NCBI GenBank assembly: GCA_963702205.1
Contig: OY969724.1
Coordinates: 2,016,001-2,080,000 of the forward strand
Length of the DNA stretch: 64,000 nucleotides
Direction of reading: 5' to 3'
DNA from: an uncultured candidate division Zixibacteria bacterium
GTDB lineage: Bacteria; Zixibacteria; MSB-5A5; GN15; PGXB01
Part shown: positions 53,724-60,481 of the stretch, piece by piece
How positions within the stretch are numbered: the first letter of the stretch is position 1
How the letters are laid out: each line of letters opens with the position of its first letter
The notes under the pieces: generated by a model
The model's input: only the letters and a program-made list of their open reading frames with translations
Database searches by the model: none
What the model was told of the DNA's origin: nothing
Program-made: the position numbers and the translations under genes

Positions 53724-54176
53724 TTGTTTACTGCAATGATTGTCTTCCACACCCTGGTCTGCATTCTTTTGGTGATTGTGGTATTGATGCAATCGGCCAA
53801 GGGGGAAGGCCTGGCCGGAGCTTTCGGCGGCGGTGGTTCGGGACTTTCCGGAGCCGTGTTCGGCGGCCGGGGAGCGGCCTCGTTCTTGTCCAAAGCAACG
53901 ACGGTTTTGGCCATAGTATTTATGCTTAATTGCGGGGTGCTGGCGTATATGTCGGCCAATCGGACCGGCGGCAGCACTGCCCCGGAAACGACCGATTCGG
54001 CCGTAACGCGTGAAGCTCAAAAAGAAATGGAACGTCAGGCAGCCCAGCAGCAGGTAACCCCGCCGCAGGAAGGCGAGACGGCGACGCCGGGGCAGTTGCC
54101 TCCGGCCGGTGATCAGCCATCGGAGAAGCCGACCACCACCAATCAGCAGCCGGCAACCGAAGGCACCGGTAAGTAG
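53724..54176 (+). CDS. secG: Preprotein translocase subunit SecG
   Basis: VLMQSAKGEGLAGAFGG, LSKAT; tpiA-secG-tRNA-Leu synteny. Confidence 0.93.
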   Translation: MFTAMIVFHTLVCILLVIVVLMQSAKGEGLAGAFGGGGSGLSGAVFGGRGAASFLSKATTVLAIVFMLNCGVLAYMSANRTGGSTAPETTDSAVTREAQKEMERQAAQQQVTPPQEGETATPGQLPPAGDQPSEKPTTTNQQPATEGTGK

Positions 54177-54191
54177 ACGACAAGTTCGATT

Positions 54192-54273
54192 GCGGAAGTG
54201 GTGGAATCGGTAGACACGCTATCTTGAGGGGGTAGTGCTTTACGGCGTGGGGGTTCAAATCCCCCCTTCCGCA
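54192..54273 (+). tRNA. tRNA-Leu (GAG)
   Basis: GCGGAAG/CTTCCGC acceptor stem, CTATC-TTGAGGG-GGTAG anticodon arm, long variable arm, TTCAAAT loop. Confidence 0.95.
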
Positions 54274-54282
54274 TAAATATAG

Positions 54283-54319
54283 AAGGCTCTTTGGGAATTT
54301 CCCAAGAGCCTTTTGTTTT
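54283..54319 (+). terminator. Intrinsic terminator after tRNA-Leu
   Basis: AAGGCTCTTTGGGA..TCCCAAGAGCCTT followed by T-rich run. Confidence 0.75.
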
Positions 54320-54324
54320 GTACT

Positions 54325-54370
54325 ATGTCAGGTCTCACCCGATAAGAATCGGGAATGACCTGACATAACA
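54325..54370 (-). repeat. REP-like hairpin type B, copy 1 (46 bp, identical to 55349..55394)
   Basis: ATGTCAGGTC-TCA-CCCGAT-AAGA-ATCGGG-AAT-GACCTGACAT-AACA. Confidence 0.9.
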
Positions 54371-54444
54371 CGCCCCGGCCTGCTTGTTGTTTGTCTGCCT
54401 TGGCGATTTCGATATAACTATAGCAGGTTTAAATTGTCACGCTA

Positions 54445-54843
54445 CGATAGGCAGTTCTGTCAGGTCTTGCCCCGACGCAGTCGGGGTGTGACCTGACAGT
54501 TGACTTATTGCATCCAGTCTTTATATATATCGATAGGCAGTTCTGTCAGGTCCTGCCCCGACGAAGTCGGGGTGTGACCTGACAGTTGACTTATTCCATC
54601 CAGTCTTTATATATATCGATAGGCAGTTCTGTCAGGTCCTGCCCCGACGAAGTCGGGGTGTGACCTGACAGTTGACTTATTGCATCCAGTCTTTATATAT
54701 ATCGATAGGCAGTTCTGTCAGGTCCTGCCCCGACGAAGTCGGGGTGTGACCTGACAGTTGACTTATTCCATCCAGTCTTTATATATATCGATAGGCAGTT
54801 CTGTCAGGTCCTGCCCCGACGAAGTCGGGGTGTGACCTGACAG
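54445..54843 (+). repeat. 86-bp tandem array (4.6 units) carrying five REP-like type A hairpins
   Basis: Units start at 54445, 54531, 54617, 54703, 54789; hairpin CTGTCAGGTC-YTG-CCCCGAC-GMA-GTCGGGG-TGT-GACCTGACAG. Confidence 0.95.
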
Positions 54844-54848
54844 GTTAA

Positions 54849-55331
54849 TCAGTCTGACCACCCCGTGAAAATCTCCGATTGGTTATTTTTATCGATATAA
54901 GCGCCGGCGCTTGACCATCGCCAATCAGTGGTTTCTTTAACCAGTTTAGATTTTACGGGATTGTTATGAATATATCCCAGCTTTGTCTTAAATACCATTT
55001 CTGAATTAATCGCCACCCTGTCAAACCGTGCCTGCCAAATTGATTTTTCAGGAATTCCAAATTCCGGCGCAACCTTCTGAGCGATATATTTTTTAAAATC
55101 TCTTATGAAATTGGATAGTTCTCGTCCGTCAATAAAGAGTAATAAGTGTATGTGAGACGGCATTAATACATATCCTGCGATGCGAGCATTGTATTTTTTC
55201 GCATAATAGACAAGTTCTTTAAATAAAACTTCGTAGAAGCCGGGAATGTCTCCATATTTCCTGTGGTCTTTATATGACGTTGTTACGAAGAAACAGTTTG
55301 AAAGGATTTGGTTTTTATATCTAAGTCCCAT
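54849..55331 (-). CDS. REP-associated tyrosine transposase (RAYT/TnpA-REP, HUH Y1 family)
   Basis: FFVT, YVLMPSHIHLL (HUH), IWQ, YIHNNPVK (catalytic Tyr), WRWSS; hairpins on both sides. Confidence 0.9.
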   Translation of the reverse strand: MGLRYKNQILSNCFFVTTSYKDHRKYGDIPGFYEVLFKELVYYAKKYNARIAGYVLMPSHIHLLLFIDGRELSNFIRDFKKYIAQKVAPEFGIPEKSIWQARFDRVAINSEMVFKTKLGYIHNNPVKSKLVKETTDWRWSSAGAYIDKNNQSEIFTGWSD

Positions 55332-55348
55332 GTTGATTAGCGGCCAAA

Positions 55349-55394
55349 ATGTCAGGTCTCACCCGATAAGAATCGGGAATGACCTGACATAACA
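55349..55394 (-). repeat. REP-like hairpin type B, copy 2
   Basis: Identical to 54325..54370; about 17 nt upstream of the RAYT start codon. Confidence 0.9.
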
Positions 55395-55435
55395 TATCTG
55401 TGCCCCGGTTTATTTTTAATCTGGCGAATTGGCAT

Positions 55436-55987
55436 TTAATTGGGTAACCACTGCGTCGGTCCGAATTGATCAATAAATCGCTGGAGATTTTCGAAATTCT
55501 TCTTCGTGAAATGACGGGTAATGAAATAATCTCGTCCGGTGATTTTGATTTCAACTTCATCCGCGTGGGCAATAGTCCAAAGATCGCCAATCGATATATG
55601 ATACCAAACCCTCTCAGTAATCTTTGCCCCGAGAGCGTCGGCACTTATGTCGTGATTATCGGTTGCATTTATTCTAACAAAATCCATTCTTTTTCCGTCT
55701 ACTAATGCAACCAGAGATCTGCCGTCCCTGCTAAATAGCCAATCATTGGACTGATATATCACCATTATTGAAAAGCTCGTATCTCTCAATGAAGATATGT
55801 ATCTTTGAGGATTGAAATAGGCATGGGTATTATCAAAAATACTCGTTCCTCCCAGTTCGTTACCCCTCATGCGATCAATTTTGTAATTGTCGAATTTGTC
55901 CTCGATGGTTTCAACCTTATAATCAATCAGTGTGCCGCTACCGCAACCAATCAATATCAATGGTAATAATATTACTAAATATTTCAT
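55436..55987 (-). CDS. Hypothetical lipoprotein (AT-rich)
   Basis: Lipobox LIGC after a hydrophobic signal; 183 aa. Confidence 0.7.
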   Translation of the reverse strand: MKYLVILLPLILIGCGSGTLIDYKVETIEDKFDNYKIDRMRGNELGGTSIFDNTHAYFNPQRYISSLRDTSFSIMVIYQSNDWLFSRDGRSLVALVDGKRMDFVRINATDNHDISADALGAKITERVWYHISIGDLWTIAHADEVEIKITGRDYFITRHFTKKNFENLQRFIDQFGPTQWLPN

Positions 55988-56310
55988 GCTAACAAACCGC
56001 TATACTATATAATTTTTAGGGTCAGTCGTGACATTATCAAACTTTATGAACGTGTGAAATATTAATTTCTTTAAGCCAAAATCTATTATTAAAATAAATA
56101 TATAACATTCGATTTATTTCTGACGGGGTGGCCCTAACTTCAGACCCGACATAACTCTCTCTCTGAATATTATAACACCCCGCAATTTTGCCCAATAATA
56201 GACTGATTCTTATTATAGTATAATATTGAGAAATGAATTGTCAATCATAAATGCGCACTTAAGGCGACGTTTACAAACATCGTTGGATATCACAAAATGG
56301 ACCTAATCAA

Positions 56311-56352
56311 GTTCTGTCAGGTCTTGCGCCGAAGGCGTGTGACCTGACAGAA
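56311..56352 (+). repeat. REP-like hairpin, type A variant
   Basis: GTTCTGTCAGGTC-TTG-CGCC-GAA-GGCG-TGT-GACCTGACAGAA. Confidence 0.85.
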
Positions 56353-56368
56353 TAATGGATGCGCTGTA

Positions 56369-57568
56369 CTATTGCACCATCGCGGCGGAGCAGAAATTCC
56401 GCAGATTGGGCAACTCTTCGGCCAGCCCAAGCTTCGATATGTACTGTTTGTCGATCGCCGAATTATTTTCATCGCGAATTTTATGGCTCTGGTCATATTC
56501 GATGGCAAAAGCCAGATGCACCGCGGTCAGGACGTTGAGTATCGGACTGGGGGCATTACTCGGTGAATAGTGCAAAGCGACGGCTTCGAGGATGGTGTCG
56601 GGCAGTCCCCACAAAGACAACAGGTGAGCGCCGATTTCGGCATCGGTTACACCGAGTATCCCGCGCTGCGCCTCGCATATGGTGATATGTTTTTCTTCGG
56701 CGATGCGGATCGACTGCTGAAGCTCATCCTGGAAATGCAAAAGCATGACCAGTTTACCGACGTCATGCAACATGCCCGCCATAAGGGCGTCATCGGTCAG
56801 GCGGGAGTGCAGCCCGAAAGCATTGGCAATGTGCCGCGAACTGGTGCCGATCATCACCGAACGCAAATATATGGAATCGATTGAATATCCCGGAAGACCC
56901 GGATCGTGAAACTGGCTGAATACTCCGGCGGCGAGGACGAGGCTGCGGATGGTATCGAGTCCGAGGAAATTGACGGCGTGGAGAATGCTTTCAATATGGG
57001 TCGGCAGTCCGAAATAGGCCGAGTTGGTCATCTGCAGAATCTTGGCCGTGATGGAGACGTCTTTTTTTATCAGGTCCGCGACCCGGCGGGGATTGGTGTT
57101 ATCGTTGCGGAGTTCCTCGACGAGTCTATTGTAAATTTCGGGGGGACTGGGCAGCATGTCGATGGTCGCGATGCGGATGTGCAGTTCTTCACTGGTGAGA
57201 AGTTCACGCAACCCAAGGGAGTTTTCAATAAGTTTACAAAGGGAGTCGGCCTGGCAGGGTTTAGCTATATAACGGTGCCCCACGTTGATGGCCTTAAAAA
57301 CAAGGTCCCGGTCGCTGTTGGCGGTAAGTATTATCCGTAAAGCCCTGGGGCTTTTCTTCTGTATGTCTCTCAAGAGTTCGGGACCGGTGATGTCGTCGAG
57401 AACCATCTCGCTGACGACAGCATCGAAATCCGTCGTGTCAAAAAGCTGAAGCGCTTCTTGTCCGTTTCTGGCCAGTTTTATATCCCAGGTGTCTTTGAAA
57501 TTGGCGGCCAGTTCGCCCTGGTCAGGGGCGTTGCCCGGATCGGAATCGATCAATAGTATGCGGCGCAT
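56369..57568 (-). CDS. Response regulator receiver + HDOD domain protein
   Basis: Receiver (RILLID..YIAKP), LPSPPEIY, KILQMTNSAYFGL, LHDVGKL, WGLP; GGAG RBS before ATG 57568. Confidence 0.9.
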   Translation of the reverse strand: MRRILLIDSDPGNAPDQGELAANFKDTWDIKLARNGQEALQLFDTTDFDAVVSEMVLDDITGPELLRDIQKKSPRALRIILTANSDRDLVFKAINVGHRYIAKPCQADSLCKLIENSLGLRELLTSEELHIRIATIDMLPSPPEIYNRLVEELRNDNTNPRRVADLIKKDVSITAKILQMTNSAYFGLPTHIESILHAVNFLGLDTIRSLVLAAGVFSQFHDPGLPGYSIDSIYLRSVMIGTSSRHIANAFGLHSRLTDDALMAGMLHDVGKLVMLLHFQDELQQSIRIAEEKHITICEAQRGILGVTDAEIGAHLLSLWGLPDTILEAVALHYSPSNAPSPILNVLTAVHLAFAIEYDQSHKIRDENNSAIDKQYISKLGLAEELPNLRNFCSAAMVQ

Positions 57569-57723
57569 CGTTGTTGTATCCTCCAAATGAATGCGAATTC
57601 TCGAAAAAATCCGGGTCGGGATTGCCCTCAAATGTCGCAGACTTTAAAGACATCTTTAAGAACTACGGACAGGCACAACCAGAGTCTTGCAGAGCGCCTT
57701 TAATCCCAACCTCACAGTTATGA

Positions 57724-57750
57724 TTATCGGACAATTTTTGACACAGTTTA
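57724..57750 (-). promoter_or_regulatory. sigma28 (FliA)-like promoter
   Basis: Minus strand TAAA-N15-TCCGATAA versus consensus TAAA-N15-GCCGATAA. Confidence 0.55.
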
Positions 57751-57864
57751 CGGCTCTCAATAAATATGGTACGGCCTTGAACAGGGTGTGGGAAACGCCC
57801 CATACCGGCGTCTATATGCTAAATTTTTGTTGATTGCAGCGGCTTTGTGTCATATAAAACGTCT

Positions 57865-58755
57865 ATGAAACCGCGTAAATATTGGATTTTCGGGCTCCTG
57901 GTCGTGTCCGCCCTGATAGCCCTGCCGTCATTGTCCGGGGCTCAAGATAAGTCGGGCACCGACAATCGTATGTGTCTCACATTCGATAACCTGCCGTCGG
58001 AAAATTACTATTCCCGCGAAGACAGAGCCGAAATTACCGATTCTATCCTGGCCGCACTGGATCGTCATAAGGTCAAAGCGGTCGGTTTCGTGATCGGCGA
58101 CTATGTGGCTGGGGACTGGGATCAACTCGTCAAGTGGCTCGATCACGGGCATATTCTCGGGTTCGAGACGTTTTCCGGACAGAATGTCTACGACGCCCCT
58201 CCCGAAGCTTTTATCGGTGATATCGCCAAAGGTCGTGAGGCGATCGAGGACCTTCTCGAAACCTATAAAATAAAGCCACGATATTTCCGGTATCCTCTGC
58301 TTCATTATGGCGATGAGTACGATGTTAAAAACCAGATCAAAGCGTATCTCGACGAAAATGATATTACCGTCGCCCCGGTGACCATTCTGGTCGAAGATTT
58401 CGTGCACAATATGTCGCTGGAAAATCTGCTCAAACGCCGCGACACTGCCGGAGTCGAGCAGCTCCGGGCGGAGTACGTGGATCACATCTTATCCCGGGTG
58501 GCGTCGGCCGAGGACCTGGCCAAAGAAGTGGTGGGGCGACCGGTGCGGCACATCATACAGCTGCGGGCGAACCGCATCAACGCGCTGTTTCTCGATGACG
58601 TCCTGACCACGCTCGAAGCAAAGGGCTATAGGTTTATTACACTGGGCTATGCCTTGAAAGACAAGATTTATCAGAAGCAGGACAATTATTACGGGCATAG
58701 AGTCGTTTCTTTCCTCGACCGTATTCGCGAGTCCAAAGTGGAAGAAAAGAAATAG
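57865..58755 (+). CDS. Polysaccharide deacetylase (CE4/NodB) family protein with degenerate active site
   Basis: LTFDNLP, AVGFV, RYFRYP, GYRFITL; signal peptide. Confidence 0.8.
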   Translation: MKPRKYWIFGLLVVSALIALPSLSGAQDKSGTDNRMCLTFDNLPSENYYSREDRAEITDSILAALDRHKVKAVGFVIGDYVAGDWDQLVKWLDHGHILGFETFSGQNVYDAPPEAFIGDIAKGREAIEDLLETYKIKPRYFRYPLLHYGDEYDVKNQIKAYLDENDITVAPVTILVEDFVHNMSLENLLKRRDTAGVEQLRAEYVDHILSRVASAEDLAKEVVGRPVRHIIQLRANRINALFLDDVLTTLEAKGYRFITLGYALKDKIYQKQDNYYGHRVVSFLDRIRESKVEEKK

Positions 58756-58790
58756 CTGATTTCCTCATACATCTGCCCGTCACAATATTT

Positions 58791-58819
58791 TTGACAATTC
58801 AATCCCGTTTTGCTATATC
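58791..58819 (+). promoter_or_regulatory. sigma70-like promoter with extended -10
   Basis: TTGACA-17 nt-TATATC, preceded by TGC. Confidence 0.5.
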
Positions 58820-58894
58820 TTGTAAAATCTATACGAATAATAGCCAGCCGAATATCCGTGCTGCGGATACCGGCGAAATAGATTTGGAGAGAAT

Positions 58895-59416
58895 ATGGAT
58901 ATTTTTGAATTTGCGATGAAGATGGAAGCCGACGGCAAGGCGTACTACGAAAAACAGGCGGCATCCTCGCCGGTTCAGGAGTTGAAAGATATCCTTCTGC
59001 AGTTGGCCGAGGAAGAGGGCCGTCACTATGAGACGTTTCGTCGGATGAAAGAAGACCCATCGGATATTTCCGGGTCGAGCCTGCTGGCCGGTACGGAGAC
59101 ATTGAAAAACGTACAGAACATTTTCGAACAGCTTTCGGCGGCGTCCGACCGGGGACCGTTCGATGATGAAGTCATCGAGGCATGGAAGGCGGCCCGGCAG
59201 ATTGAAGTAAAATCCGAGCAGTTTTACCGTGAAAAGGTGGGGCTGGAAAGCGATGAAGCTCGCAAGAAAGTTTTTCTGCGCATCGCGCAGGAAGAAAATG
59301 TCCACATGCAGATGATCGACGGTATCATCACCTATTTAAAACACCCGCAGACCTTTGTCGACAGTGCGCAGTTCAAGAATTTCCGGAGCCTCGAAGGTTT
59401 CGGGATGGATGAATAA
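58895..59416 (+). CDS. Ferritin-like / rubrerythrin-family diiron protein
   Basis: AMKMEADGKAYY, LAEEEGRH, EVKSEQFY, IAQEENVH. Confidence 0.88.
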   Translation: MDIFEFAMKMEADGKAYYEKQAASSPVQELKDILLQLAEEEGRHYETFRRMKEDPSDISGSSLLAGTETLKNVQNIFEQLSAASDRGPFDDEVIEAWKAARQIEVKSEQFYREKVGLESDEARKKVFLRIAQEENVHMQMIDGIITYLKHPQTFVDSAQFKNFRSLEGFGMDE

Positions 59417-59427
59417 TCAGACTATTG

Positions 59428-60369
59428 TTATTGCATAACCAGCGCGAATTCATGCGCTGTGCGTGCAATCCGGTGGGTGATTTCTTCGGGCGTCGGGACC
59501 AGTTCGGCGCTTGTCAGGCTGCCGCTTTTATGATCGATTTTTTCAAATATCTGACTGTACAGCTGGAAAATCACTTCAAGACTGAACTGGTATTCGGGAC
59601 TTAAATGTGGGTATATTTTGCGCGACATCTTTTCGACCCGGCCGTGGAAATATCCCGCGATCGATTCATACACCCCTACCAGATTCCTGAAAGTATGAGC
59701 GACCGGTCCGCCGGAGGCGATTTGTTTCAGATCGGACATTTTCAGCGCGTAGCGTTTCAATAACGAATCGGGGAAATAACATAAGCCGTCTTTGATGTCT
59801 TTTTGAAAATCACGAATGATATGCACGAAATACGCGAACAGCGCCAGTGGCCGGGCGGCGGCGCGAATATCGAATGCGGGCGGGATGTACTTATTGCCGG
59901 ATTTGGTCACGCCGCACAGGTGCATGAAAACCGAGGCCGGGGAGATGGCGGCGCCTTCGCAGTAGCGCAAAAATCCAAGCAGACTCGGGAAACCGTCGTG
60001 GTGCAGGTCGTACAGCATGGACTTGGCCAGTCTTTCCCACGGCCAGGCGGGTATCGCGAAGCGGTGCATCGTTTCAAGCAAATGCTTCTGGATATCGTCG
60101 ATGGGCCGGTTTGACAAAAGAGCCGTAGTCCACGCATCGATCCTCCGGTCGATAGCGGCCGTGATTTCCGGGGACTCGCGATCGGAGGAAGATTTATGAT
60201 TGTCGACCAGATCGTCGAGCCAGCGCATCGACTTGTAGCAGGTTCTGAAGGCCCGGTAGCGGTCATCGTCCCAGAAGCGGGCGGCAATATCCAGTATCGG
60301 ATTAGCCAGAATGCTGGTAATATCCAAACGAGAAAGAAAGCGGGCTTTGTGTTCAGACGCCGGGGTCAT
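59428..60369 (-). CDS. Phytoene/squalene synthase family protein
   Basis: RWLDDLVD, LRYCEGAA, HIIRDFQKDIKDG..YFP. Confidence 0.75.
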   Translation of the reverse strand: MTPASEHKARFLSRLDITSILANPILDIAARFWDDDRYRAFRTCYKSMRWLDDLVDNHKSSSDRESPEITAAIDRRIDAWTTALLSNRPIDDIQKHLLETMHRFAIPAWPWERLAKSMLYDLHHDGFPSLLGFLRYCEGAAISPASVFMHLCGVTKSGNKYIPPAFDIRAAARPLALFAYFVHIIRDFQKDIKDGLCYFPDSLLKRYALKMSDLKQIASGGPVAHTFRNLVGVYESIAGYFHGRVEKMSRKIYPHLSPEYQFSLEVIFQLYSQIFEKIDHKSGSLTSAELVPTPEEITHRIARTAHEFALVMQ

Positions 60370-60481
60370 AATTTCCTCCGATTGATTTACGAGAAAAATA
60401 CACAATCCCAACGATCAAAACAAGACTAAAATAGTCCAGAATATGAAAATTTCTGAATATTGGATTGTCCCGGTCCGAATA

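Noticed and set aside
54500..54530. sigma70 promoter in each array linker (TTGACT..TATATA)
   Set aside because: Spacing is 16 or 18 nt with a weak -10; better explained by the RAYT-tail reading, though not excluded.
54445..54843. CRISPR array (palindromic 43-bp repeat + 43-bp spacer)
   Set aside because: Spacers are identical apart from one base, there are no cas genes, and the adjacent gene is a RAYT.
54325..56352. Integron attC sites or a tRNA-targeted integrative element
   Set aside because: No tyrosine integrase, no RYYYAAC..GTTRRRY box arrangement, and no duplicated tRNA-Leu 3' end seen.
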